NCBI GenBank assembly: GCA_040285825.1
Contig: JAUPSS010000013.1
Coordinates: 62,001-126,000 of the forward strand
Length of the DNA: 64,000 nucleotides
Origin: Eukaryota sp. TZLM1-RC
Taxonomy: Eukaryota > Protista > Metamonada: BaSk clade
Direction: 5' to 3'
Shown: positions 11,153-22,014 of the stretch, in pieces
How positions within the stretch are numbered: position 1 is the stretch's first letter
Layout: each line of letters starts with the position of its first letter
Program-made: the position numbers and the translations under genes
Notes under the pieces: model-generated
What the model was told of the DNA's origin: nothing
Seen by the model: the letters and a program-made list of their open reading frames with translations, nothing else
Database searches by the model: none

Positions 11153-13048
11153 TCAAATGTGTTTCTTATGAACACAAACCCGCATATGTTTCGCAATTCT
11201 ATCAGGAACAAAATGCCTGTTGCAAAATGGACATTTAGAGCGATACAAATCTCCCTTCTCTGTAGGAGGAGAGGATATCCCTATTGGCTGAGTTAGATGC
11301 TGGGAGCCTTCGACTGGAAGAGTCACTGGTTCATCTTCTGGAATAACAGGCATCAAATCATTAAACTCAGGTGAAATACGAACTAACAAGTCAAAAACTC
11401 TCCTGGAAAGTTGCTTGTTGTGAAATACCATTTCTTGACATTTGTGTTGATACATTGCTTGATATTCTTCTACCCTAGAGAGCAGTTCGTCATTTTCAGC
11501 CTCTAGTTGATTGCTGAACAACTGCAGATTGCGAATTTCTTCAGATGACTGGCTAAATTGTTCTTCCAAATGTTTAATTGTTACAATTTGCTCTTGTATA
11601 GTTTCCTTCAACATTTTAATCGTTGCAATCTTGTCAAAAACCTCTAACTGTTTGCTCTCCAAGGATTTTTGTAGAGTGGAATAACCATCGGTTAGAATAC
11701 CATACTGACGTTCATTTTCATCTAGCTTTGCTTCAGTAGCACGCAGAGTGTTATTGGCTTCTCTAAGCAACAATGTGTTCTGATGGAGTAAAGCTTCATG
11801 ATGCTCAATCTTTTCCATTAATTCACTGTGTTTGGATCTCAATTGTCTGTCGGATTCTTGAAAGGATAGTACTTCAATTGTATGTTGATTCAGCAATTTC
11901 TGGTTGACATCTTGCTGTTCTTGAATAAGTTTGTCCTTTTCTGCAAGAGCTGCTTCAATAGTGGAGAGTTCCTCGAATTCAGCTTGGTTGATTGAATAAT
12001 CTGAGCAGGAACATCTAAACATATGCTCCATTTCTTCCAAAATGTCATCACAGGACGGTCTTTGTTGTGGTTGCTCACTCAGCATCTTTCGGATCAACTT
12101 CTTGTAGTCTTCATTCGTCAGATCATCAACACTATTCAAAGCCAAAGCTTGTTTCTTGAAAGGTGGAATAAGTTGGGACAAAGACCCTGTGAGTAATATA
12201 AGAAAAAGTGAACCCATAGCAAAAATATCTACGGATTTAGTGGCAGTGGTAGGCTTTCCTTGCTCCACTTCTGGTGCCTTGAAAGGAGAGAATGCGACCT
12301 TGCGATTCAACCTTTCTTCTTCAATAGCAAGGCAGAAATCAGCATCTCCAATCTTAGCATACGCTACTCTTGATGTATTGTTATTGTCAGGAGATACATA
12401 TACACAATCAGCAGTTAGGCACCCATGAATTAAATTTTGATTATGGAAAGCCGATACTCCAAGACAGATATGAAACAAGAGTGTTTTGATATCATTAGAA
12501 TCAAAGCTCACGCCTTGTTCAACCAGCTGACGGAGAGAAGGTCCAATGTATTCTGAGACGGTACCGAGAGGCTCTTGAGTTGCGCCTAGTGTTTCAATTA
12601 CATATGGACTCTGTACTTTACTACTGAGGGCAGTAGCTATAAATACTTGCCGAGATAAATCTTTAGACCTTTCCTCACGTTCCAATAATGGTATAATAGA
12701 TCGCAGCATCACAGGTCTTCCATTATACAACATTGTTTGACAGAGCACATTTTGATGAAGACGCAATACATAGTCCTTGACCAGCGAGGCTTGCTTCAAC
12801 CCTTCACTATCTATTATAGTAGGTGTGAAGATTGTGTTGATGAGGTCTTCCAGTAAGAACACCTTTGTGTAGGAAGAATCGATGTCTACTTCGTAACGGC
12901 ATACCGGACAGCTACTGTTCTCCTTCATCCATTGTTTCAAACATTCTGCTGAGAAGGAGTGACCGCAGCGCAAACTCACAGGATTCAACAAGAGTTTGAG
13001 TGTTACGGGACACTGTAATGTTGAAACGATTTTTAGGAAGGACGACAT
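11153..13048 (-). CDS. RING finger - pseudokinase - coiled coil - C2HC zinc finger protein (631 aa)
   Basis: CPVT...CGHSFSAEC...CPVC RING; kinase fold with LIHGCLTADCVYV, KIGDAD, APE and SVDIFAMG; long heptad region; C-terminal CPFCNRHF...KHMRVC. Confidence 0.88.
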   Translation of the reverse strand: MSSFLKIVSTLQCPVTLKLLLNPVSLRCGHSFSAECLKQWMKENSSCPVCRYEVDIDSSYTKVFLLEDLINTIFTPTIIDSEGLKQASLVKDYVLRLHQNVLCQTMLYNGRPVMLRSIIPLLEREERSKDLSRQVFIATALSSKVQSPYVIETLGATQEPLGTVSEYIGPSLRQLVEQGVSFDSNDIKTLLFHICLGVSAFHNQNLIHGCLTADCVYVSPDNNNTSRVAYAKIGDADFCLAIEEERLNRKVAFSPFKAPEVEQGKPTTATKSVDIFAMGSLFLILLTGSLSQLIPPFKKQALALNSVDDLTNEDYKKLIRKMLSEQPQQRPSCDDILEEMEHMFRCSCSDYSINQAEFEELSTIEAALAEKDKLIQEQQDVNQKLLNQHTIEVLSFQESDRQLRSKHSELMEKIEHHEALLHQNTLLLREANNTLRATEAKLDENERQYGILTDGYSTLQKSLESKQLEVFDKIATIKMLKETIQEQIVTIKHLEEQFSQSSEEIRNLQLFSNQLEAENDELLSRVEEYQAMYQHKCQEMVFHNKQLSRRVFDLLVRISPEFNDLMPVIPEDEPVTLPVEGSQHLTQPIGISSPPTEKGDLYRSKCPFCNRHFVPDRIAKHMRVCVHKKHI

Positions 13049-14267
13049 TGTTTGTCTCTGGTATGAGGTGTAATAAGTGCATGTAGAGGTTGAGTCTAAT
13101 TGCTAAAACGGTGACATGTGACAGAGTCAAACATGTCAATAGACAACGGAGGTTCAACTAGTGGATCACTCAAGCATCAGCTTGAGTCTTGAGCTTAGTC
13201 CTGTTGTCTTGTTGAAAAGCGCTTCTTCACTTTGTGGTACCTACAGTTTGAATACAGCTTGATATTGAGCGATCCTCATTAATTTATATTATATTGTTAT
13301 TTTTACTTATTTCTTAATAGTTTTCATTTCATCGCAATTTCAGAAACATCCAAAAGAAACACCACCGATAGTGGGTATATAATCATTTTATCGCTACTCT
13401 ACAATCGGCTAACAGACTACCACTCATCTTGGCCATTTCTTTTTTATTGACAAACTTTGTGTATGAGTCATTGCAACTTGTGTAAACTATTTGATGCAAA
13501 AAGTGTTTTTTGGATGAGCCCTATTAAGGAAACTTGGGACTAAAAAACCTGAATTTTACCAGTTCCGAACTGGTATAATTTCAATCATCTTAGTTTACTG
13601 ATGATGAATAGAAATCTTTTTAAGCCACAGTTGATAAACTATTGAAATAAGGTGTCACTTTGTTACACAATATAACCAAAAAACAAACGAAAACTATTGA
13701 AAAACCACAACCAAAAAGAAGTTGGTGATTTTTTGATTTCTTTTTGATCATTTATGATAAGAACAACACCACAATTTTTTCACAGTCTTTTGTTAAAATG
13801 AGTTTTCTATTTATTAACCTTTTTGAAGCTTGGAAATAAACCTTTTTCTTTGCTTGAGCTTATTGGAAGTTTTTCCAACCGGTTGATACATTTTAGGTTA
13901 AAATATTGACAATTTTTGTGCACGTCACCCGAAACATCGAGTGGAAGAAACAGCATTATGTTTAAGAAATTTTGCTTTTGACACAATTTTATTATTTTGT
14001 AAATATCTTTTCCGGGCTGTGAGAAGGACACCAGTTTTGAAGCATTCATCACTCATTGAAGCTCTTTATCCAGTATGGCAACAATAGTTGAACGATTTTA
14101 AACCACAGAACAAAACCATTTGACGGAAACCAGTTTTTAAGAAACCATTTTTGATTACTAAGAATTAGATACTGCTAATGGATTCTGATGTGACCTTTGA
14201 GTGATTTTTTTAATATATTTTTATTTATTCCAACAAAAACAAAAAAAGTGAACAAAGAGTGCTTTTT

Positions 14268-14913
14268 ACTTTTAGAAGCAAGGTTCATGATGCTGTAAGA
14301 GACCAGTTATATTGTATTTGTAAATCTCATAGAATTGAATCCTTCTTGGAACCTCTGTTGTCAAATCTGTTTGATGCTGAAAATGATTTTCATAAGAATA
14401 ATAGAGGTGATGTCATATTACCTGGATTAGATGGAAGCTTCATTTTATTGGATGTAATGTCTGCTGATCCTTGTAATGCCTCAAATGAAAGGCTTGTTAA
14501 TTCTGAAATTCATAATCCCCTTTCAAATGCTGAAAATTTTAAATTCAAAAAATACAATGAACCTTTGTTGAAATTGGCCAGTCTACAGCATGCAAAATAC
14601 AATTTGTATCCATTTGTATTTTCCCTTTTTGGTTCACTTGCATCAACTGCTTTACGTTTTTTGGATGATTTTGAAATGATTGTAAAGAGAAGAACTGGCA
14701 GAAATTTCAACAGATTGTTTTGGCAAAATAGAATTGTGTTTTCTATTTTTAAGGGGATGTTGAAGATGGTTTCTGATGCTTTGCTTTCTCTTGGATCTCA
14801 CTATGAGAGAGTTGCATCTAGTATTTTTGTTTTGAGAGAGATGGATTTTTTAGATGTTGATTTATAGGTTTTGAATAAAATTCAAATTTAAATAAAAAAA
14901 AGTTTATGAAAAA
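14268..14913 (+). mobile_element. 5'-truncated RLE non-LTR retrotransposon insertion with 14-bp target-site duplication
   Basis: ORF with HDAVRD, EP, RGD, LDV, KxKKY and PFVFSLFG endonuclease motifs; A-rich tail; AAAGAGTGCTTTTT at both 14254-14267 and 14914-14927. Confidence 0.9.
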
Positions 14914-15054
14914 AAAGAGTGCTTTTTGATCAAAAATAAGATCGTTTTTGATTCAACATTGGTCTGGCTTCAAGCTACATTGTGTCTAGTTTTTTGTTTC
15001 AGCTTCAAAAAAGGAGTATTAGATCTGATTCTTGGTAATCATTGGCCTTATCTG

Positions 15055-15621
15055 ATGTCATCCCCACGATATACATCTCCAACTTATGCTTCTTCTTCAT
15101 CACCTTTCACAGATACTTGTACACAATTCATTCAGAAGGCGTTCTCACCTCTTCCTGGTTATAGCCTACGATCTGTCAGAGATTCAGATTTTATTCCCAA
15201 CATTTACGTCGATGAACCAGTAGTCTCCCGAGAACTGTCTTCACGTTGTTGTTCCAGGTTAGACGACCCTCATGCTAGCTACACTGATCTTCCATGTGTC
15301 AGGGAATCTTTAACTTTCAACGAAATCCGTGAAACTGCCATTCATCTCAAGCCAAAGTTGGAAAAGAAGTGTGACCAGTTTGTTGGTATTAATATAGACT
15401 CTAACCATTCAACATTATCTATTGTTGTTTCAAATTATACTTCAATTAATCATCTCGAGGAATTTATAGAGTTTCTATTCTCTTTAATTTCAGCACCAAT
15501 ATCAATCAATTCTATTTTTGTTTCACTAAGACCTGTCAGTTCTGACTGGAATGTTGTGTGTAGAAAATCTGTCCTGACGACCCGTAGATTTACCTTTAAA
15601 GTGTATGAAACTATTGAATAG
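15055..15621 (+). CDS. Hypothetical protein (probable start MSSPRY at 15055)
   Basis: Open frame of about 188 codons from an ATG; no family recognised. Confidence 0.55.
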   Translation: MSSPRYTSPTYASSSSPFTDTCTQFIQKAFSPLPGYSLRSVRDSDFIPNIYVDEPVVSRELSSRCCSRLDDPHASYTDLPCVRESLTFNEIRETAIHLKPKLEKKCDQFVGINIDSNHSTLSIVVSNYTSINHLEEFIEFLFSLISAPISINSIFVSLRPVSSDWNVVCRKSVLTTRRFTFKVYETIE

Positions 15622-15859
15622 GTTATGTTTTTCCCACCACCTACACTTTTTGTAAATATATTATGTATTTTAACTTTTTTTAAAATTAATAATCTTATGA
15701 ATTCTTTTGTTTTGCTTCAAAACAAACTTTTTAATTTAATTGTTTTTAATTTTAAACTCTTAAATATTAGTTCAAGCCATTTCATATCATGACTAGATGG
15801 TTATGCTAATATTTTAAGCAAAAACTTTTAGGTATATTAAAAGTAATTACATCAAAATT

Positions 15860-16160
15860 AATTCTTGTTAATGTACCATTGGTCTACAATTATCATGAAT
15901 ATGAAAGTACGCAATCCTATACAAGTTTAGAGTCCTATTAACATCCCTATCCCAATAGACGCCACATTCACTGCATTGGTAGCAGTCCATGGCATTGGCT
16001 AGGGCATGGGACTAGTTGGACATTGTCCTTCTTCTGATTCCATCTTTGTTCGACTTCTTTGATTCTTTTTTCATGAATTTTAATAACCTCATCATCATAT
16101 TGCTTCTTTTTGGTTCTTTCTTGCGATTTTTTCTGAAACTGGTCACAGTAACCGATCACA
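15860..16160 (-). mobile_element. Fanzor/TnpB C-terminal relic 2, frameshifted
   Basis: GYCDQFQKK...PSQCHGLL then a one-base frameshift into QCSECGVYWDRDVNRTLNLYRIAYFHIHDNCRP, i.e. zinc-finger CxxC plus RuvC-III RDxN plus terminal RP motif. Confidence 0.85.
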
Positions 16161-16954
16161 GTTATTATAAATAATAATAACCAACACGTCAACAGTCAAC
16201 TTAAATTATGATTATTTAATCATTAATACGTGAAACTTTTTTCAAAAATGTAGATTTTGAAGCACAAATTGTGATCAAATATTAGCAGTTACAAGGTCCG
16301 ATTCTATTTGCATATGAAATGAACAGATTTGACTTCCAGAATTTTTGAATTGACACCAAGATCCTTGTTTCGCATTTGTCACTGTATTTCAAAACACCAC
16401 ATTAGCAGAAACTCTTCAAAAAATGAAAAAAAAAGTTTGTCCGCTACCTAAAAAGGCAACACACAAAGTAAAATTCAATACTGACTGAGTGATGACGCGG
16501 CAGTGATGATGCAATACTTTTTGTTTGACAAGCTCTACCTATAAAATCCATGGAGTCCACATTGGGGAAATATTCAAAAGATAAAGATAAAGAACAAGAT
16601 ACATTTATGAGGAAATTTGGTTGCAACATTCTTGAGGACAAGAACTTCCTATGTGGCTTTCTTACCATTGCTCAGTATGTGGAGTGTCCGATGAAAGAGT
16701 TGGGTTTTTGGTAAATTGTGAAATTTTTTCATTTAGTACAATATTTTTGTTTAAATCAATTAGTAGAAAATGGGGACAGTAACTTGTTGCTACAAAGTAA
16801 TTACTGTGAAGTTCAATGAGGTTTGACATCATCAATTTGGACTGTTGTAGATTCAACCTTTAGAAACTTTACAGTGGGATGTCAAAAGCTTCTGGACCAA
16901 ATTCTAAGTCTCAGTAATCAGTGATTTCTTCTAACATTGCAGGCTATCGGTGAC

Positions 16955-17775
16955 ATGGTTTCAGCAACAATTGTAGTAACTATTATCACTTTGTTATTAT
17001 GCTTTGTGGTCTTATCGATGCGATTAGTCAAGGATTCGGTAGAGCAGTTTATTGAGCGAGATCCTGCAGCTTCATCCAAGCTTATTGTCTTTCTTACATA
17101 TCCTGGTGTACATGCGTTATTACTTCATCGCATATCTCACTTTTTAACAGGTCATCAGTTGGTTTTCTTGGCACATATTGTTGCATATGTATCTCGTGTC
17201 ATTACATCCATTGAGATCCACCCCCAAGCTACTATTGGCAAGGGGTTGATGATTGATCATGGAAGTGGAGTCGTTATTGGTGCTACTGCGATCATTCACA
17301 ACAATGTAACCATTTATTCTAGTGTTGGTATGATATGTCTCCACTTACCTTAGTGTTAGGAGGACGTGCTCCTTCCAAAGCTGAAGTACATAGCAAAAGA
17401 CACCCAACCCTATGTGATGATGCTACCATTGGTTGTGGATCAACCGTTCTAGGTAATATTCGGATAGGCGTTGGTTCCAAAGTTGGAAGTAATTCGGTTG
17501 TTCTTCAGGATGTTCCTGATTATCAAACTGTTGTTGGTATCCCAGCTAGACCTGTGGTCAGTAGTTCATCTCTGGTAAGAGAAAGACATTTTGAACCTTA
17601 TGGAATTTCAAGCAACAGTATTGATCCAATGTGTTTTGCCATCAAGTCCTTGGTTAGTCATGTTCGTCATCTAGAACAAAAGCTTGATGCTCTGGGAGGT
17701 TCTCATTACCCTTACGATGACGACTCATTGAATCAAATTATCCAATCCCTTGAGTGTGTCACTAAGAGATCCTGA
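16955..17775 (+). CDS. cysE: Serine O-acetyltransferase copy 1 (264 aa), intron 17328-17353 (26 nt), N-terminal hydrophobic anchor
   Basis: ERDPAA...YPGVHAL...IEIHPQATIG...IDHGSGVVIG...YSSVVLGG (spliced)...KRHPTL...VVGIPAR; left-handed beta-helix hexapeptides. Confidence 0.93.
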
Positions 17776-18679
17776 CTAATGTAAAATCTGCTATTCAACT
17801 TTGAGCAGTTTATTATCCAATGAATCACCCAATTATTATTATAAGTTTACACATTATTTATTCAACATGTTGGTGAGATAGATTCCAAGTCACGGCTAAC
17901 CAACATTTATTGCCACCGCAATATGAGAAAAATAGAACTGAAGTTTTGCAATTAATAGAATTTCATCAGCAATATATACTACAGTTTTTTGTTACGTCGA
18001 AGTGAGTAAAATATTCGTGTGCTCTAGACTGCTGAAAGGTAATAAATTCAATTCCTAGTATCTTATTAAATAGTCTTTATGATCTTCGGCGTTTTTGAAC
18101 AACTTGCTGTGGTCACTCAAATCTATTTTTTGTGGAGAAGTTTTTCAATCGTGTTACACATGGTTATCCCAATTATCACGATATAGCAAATCATTCCTGT
18201 TTACTTCAAATTCAAAAGAAGTTTCCCTCACCACAGATCATTGCTTATATAAGGATGTTGTTGTTTTAATAGGTGAATTATCCGCTGCAGTGAAACAACA
18301 TTATTTTTTCGACAATGGTTTAACAATATTGGTCTGACTCAATTTCTACATGTTGTGCTTCCTTAATTCTTAAATTTAAAAGAAATTTATGATGATAGAT
18401 ATCAATCCAAGTTATATTCTTATGATAAAATTTGGGTCGTTCTCTGAAGCATTTGGTCACTGGAAGAATATACTGTCGGAAACGCAAATTCTAACTATAA
18501 TTGCATCAAAATATCCAAATTTGATATTCAGCAATGGAGTCACTGTTTGAATCAATCACTTAATGCAATTACGCCTGAAAATTGCCATATCATCAACAAT
18601 TATGTCAACCAATTCAATCACTCCTTGAACACACACAATATTGTATATGGAGAAATTATTGAAATAGTTCACGGTTAAT

Positions 18680-19890
18680 TGCATAGAAAAAGTACGAATC
18701 AAAAATAAGACCAATTGCAATAGGTGAATCATTATCTCGTAGTCTTTCTTCAGCTGTGTTTGGAAGGATTGGTAAAAAGCTAAAGATTTTTTAAGTCGTT
18801 GTCAATTTGGAATTCAAACAGTTGATCGAGCATCATCTGCACCATTGTCTTCTGATGCTTTCTTTATTTTAAGGAAATTCGAATAATATTTTTAATTTAG
18901 ATTTTACAGCACCTTCAATGCAGTGAAGAGGTCATCAATCTTGCCCTTGCTCCAAACTCATTATCTGGCAGCTAAGTCGTTCTTTCACAATGTTTATGGC
19001 TCTCAGTCAACACTTGTATAGGAGCACTTTAATTTGATATCATCATCTGCTGTCAAACAAGATGATCCATTAGGTCCTTTCTTTTTCTGCCTTGTTATCC
19101 ATCCTCTAATGTGTGAATTAAAACAACAATACCCAGAAAAAAAATTACAGCTTATATGGATGACATTTCAATAGTTGGTCCAATTGCTTCATTGAGAAAA
19201 GTTGCTAAAGTTGTTCAACAGCGCTATTATCAATTTGGTCTTTCTTTAAATATTTCCGAAAGTTTGCTGATTGGCAGAGAGCCTGTTGAACTTTTTCCTA
19301 ATGATTTAAGTGTTCCTTTCAACAACTATTTTGAATCAGGTTTTCGATTTTTAGGTTGTCATTTGGGTAACTTTGATGAAATTCGAATTCAACTTTCATC
19401 ACTTTCAGCAAATTTTGAACAGGAACTTGTTGTTCTTTTAGATTTGGATCTTGAAAAACATCTCAAATTCTTATTTTTCAGAATTTATTATTCAGGAAAA
19501 ATTACTCATATCCTACAATCAACCACTTTTCAATATATCTTGAATTTTGCAGAATTGTTAACGAATTAAAAACAAAATTTTTGACTAATTTACTTGAAAT
19601 TGATTCTTCATATGTCAGTAATCATATTTTTTGTAGCACCGAATCAAGCGGCCTACATTTTCACAAATCCAAATATTTGTATAAAGCTGCATTTATTTTC
19701 GGAGGCAAATATTTTATTTTTGAATTTTTGAAACGTTTTCCTGAAAACCAACATCTAATAGAACATTGTATTAGTGATTATGTGATGTCTTTGCAGAATG
19801 AAAGCGAATGCCTCTCTCCTCAAATATGCTCTAAATGCTTTCCTCCCGATGTTCAAAAAATTCCACCCAGAAGTTTGGTTTTTTAAGCAT
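18680..19890 (+). mobile_element. Degenerate reverse transcriptase region of CRE/SLACS-like non-LTR element
   Basis: KIRPIAIGE, QFGI, KQDDPLGPFFFCLVIHP (QGDPL-like), AYMDDISIVG and FRFLGCHLG; several frameshifts. Confidence 0.88.
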
Positions 19891-19924
19891 ACGCCAAATA
19901 TTTGTTTTGAAGTACTGTATTTTT

Positions 19925-20385
19925 ATTGGAAAAAAAATCTATCTAGTATTCAGTATCCTTCAAACAAGCGTCACTATTACTAAACCTAATCACAGCATTA
20001 CGTTCATATTCTACACCAATAGCTAAAAGTGCCTTTGAAATAATTGTTGGAATAGACTTGAAAATGCAAAAAACAATTCTATTTAACCAGAAAGTGGAAT
20101 TCATTGTTTTACCAGATCTATTCAGTAACACTTTTTGAGATTTTCAAAAAAGTGCAACCCTGAAGGTCCAATATTGCCAAAAAGAGAAATTGCAAACGGC
20201 ACAAACTGATGTTTCACATGTTCCACTCTACCTAACTGTGCCAAAGGTTCTTCATATTTTTTATCTTCTTTTTTCGGCGTTAGGTAACAGCGAATCAGCG
20301 GAATACACTAAACGAGCAGCAGAATTTTTGCAAACATCAACTGAGACAACATCTACAACATTGAGAACACCATCGATCCCTGGAG
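19925..20385 (-). mobile_element. RLE endonuclease/3' fragment of non-LTR element, tail-to-tail with the RT fragment
   Basis: APGIDGVLNVVDVVSVDVC...KKYEEP...FVPFAISLFG...FWLNRIVFCIFK across frameshifts. Confidence 0.85.
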
Positions 20386-20474
20386 CTTGAGGATATTGAG
20401 TTCCTTGTGTTTTTTCAAAATTCTGATAAAATTCTTCAACAGTCCTTCAATCAGTTTCCCTTTGCCTTCAACTT

Positions 20475-21334
20475 ATGTTGAGTACTTTGATTGTCTCCAT
20501 TGGGTCACTGATTCTACTGTTCTTGTATTTGTCTTTTCAAATAGTCAAGGATTCGGTAGAGCAGTTTATTGAGCGAGATCCTGCTGCTTCATCCAAGCTT
20601 ATTGTCTTTCTTACATATCCTGGAGTACATGCGTTATTACTTCATCGCATATCTCACTTTTTAACAAGACATCATGTGAAATTCTTGGCACATATTGTTG
20701 CATATGTATCTCGTGTCATTACATCCATTGAGATCCACCCCCAAGCCACTATTGGCAGGGGGTTGATGATTGATCATGGAAGTGGTGTCGTTATTGGTGC
20801 TACTGCGATCATTCACAACAATGTAACCATTTATTCTAGTGTTGGTATGATATGTCTCCACTTACCTTAGTGTTAGGAGGACGTGCTCCTTCCAAAGCTG
20901 AAGTACATAGCAAAAGACACCCAACCCTATGTGATGATGCTACCATTGGTTGTGGATCAACCGTTCTAGGTAATATTCGGATAGGCGTTGGTTCCAAAGT
21001 TGGAAGTAATTCAGTTGTTCTTCAGGATGTTCCTGATTATCAAACTGTTGTTGGTATCCCAGCCCGGCAGGTTATAACAAAAGCTTCAAAGAAAAGTCCA
21101 GCTTCATCTGAAAAGCGTTTTCAACCTTATGGGTTACCATCTCGTGAGACCACATTCCCTATGTGTTTTGCCATTAAGACATTGGTACGCCACCTACATC
21201 GTCTTGAACAGAAGGTCGGTAAGCCATGTTCAAATGACAATGACTCTGGAGAGGATGATTCTCTTGATCAGATTATGGCTTTGATATCTAGTAGTTGTTC
21301 AGAGAAGTCCAGTGATCCAGAGTACTCAATTTGA
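20475..21334 (+). CDS. cysE: Serine O-acetyltransferase copy 2 (277 aa), intron 20845-20870 (26 nt)
   Basis: Same motifs as copy 1; N-terminal hydrophobic segment; ends PEYSI. Confidence 0.93.
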
Positions 21335-22014
21335 GGTTTAATTTATTTCCCATTATTGATTAATAAAATCTTAGTAAAGCTTGGTTTTTTTCCAAGTCTA
21401 GGTGATCTATAAAATCATTTTCACCACATAGTCAATTTTTATTATATGATTGATAACATTTCTAGATGAATGAGATACTTTTGATGACTATTCTGTTCTA
21501 TTCAGCTTCTGTTGAAACTTTAGTTACATTGCTAATTCTAATCTTGTTGTCACTTGTGTATTCAAAGAAATGTTCGCCAGATTGATGAAACAGCACAGCT
21601 TGGGTCATAATAAAGGAAATCAACATTTCTGTACACTTTCTAACTGTCTATTAACTCTAACACCATTTCTCACAAAACTGAAACATATAATAAATATATA
21701 TTACATCGGTTTACTGCCATTCTAGTTGTAGGCTATAATGGAGATCTAGGTATCAAGATATGATATAATTATCAACTATGTTCATAATAAAAAATTTGAA
21801 CTTAACGCAGTCCAAGTACATCAACTATTGCTTGAATACATCTGACTTTGTATTCAGCTCAATTCACCAACAAATGTTCCAGCCATTAGTTTCTTATCAC
21901 GAAGATTTTTCGATTTATCAATGTTTTGTCACTTTATTATGAGAAAACAATCACTATTTCCAAAGAGTATTGAAATGGAGAACTTCAGTTATCAATTGAA
22001 AAAGTCATTCAAAC

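Noticed and set aside
13160-13175. 5.8S rRNA-like GTGGATCACTC
   Set aside because: Only ~11 nt match; the flanks do not resemble rRNA.
13807-14100. Mtr4-like (DIYKIIK) or mariner-like fragment
   Set aside because: Short similarity with no supporting helicase or DDE motifs; too degraded to assign.
16879-16942. Extra upstream coding exon for cysE copy 1 (CTAAC...GCAG acceptor-like site)
   Set aside because: Available donors are out of phase with the upstream ATG and copy 3 has no suitable donor; a 5' UTR intron cannot be excluded.
17328-17353. Programmed frameshifting or pseudogenisation in the split cysE and udk ORFs
   Set aside because: 26-nt and 31-nt introns explain the breaks exactly and restore conserved motifs.
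18680-20385. Twin-priming inversion of a single non-LTR element
   Set aside because: The 3' end faces inward toward the RT fragment, which fits two separate insertions or a later rearrangement better.
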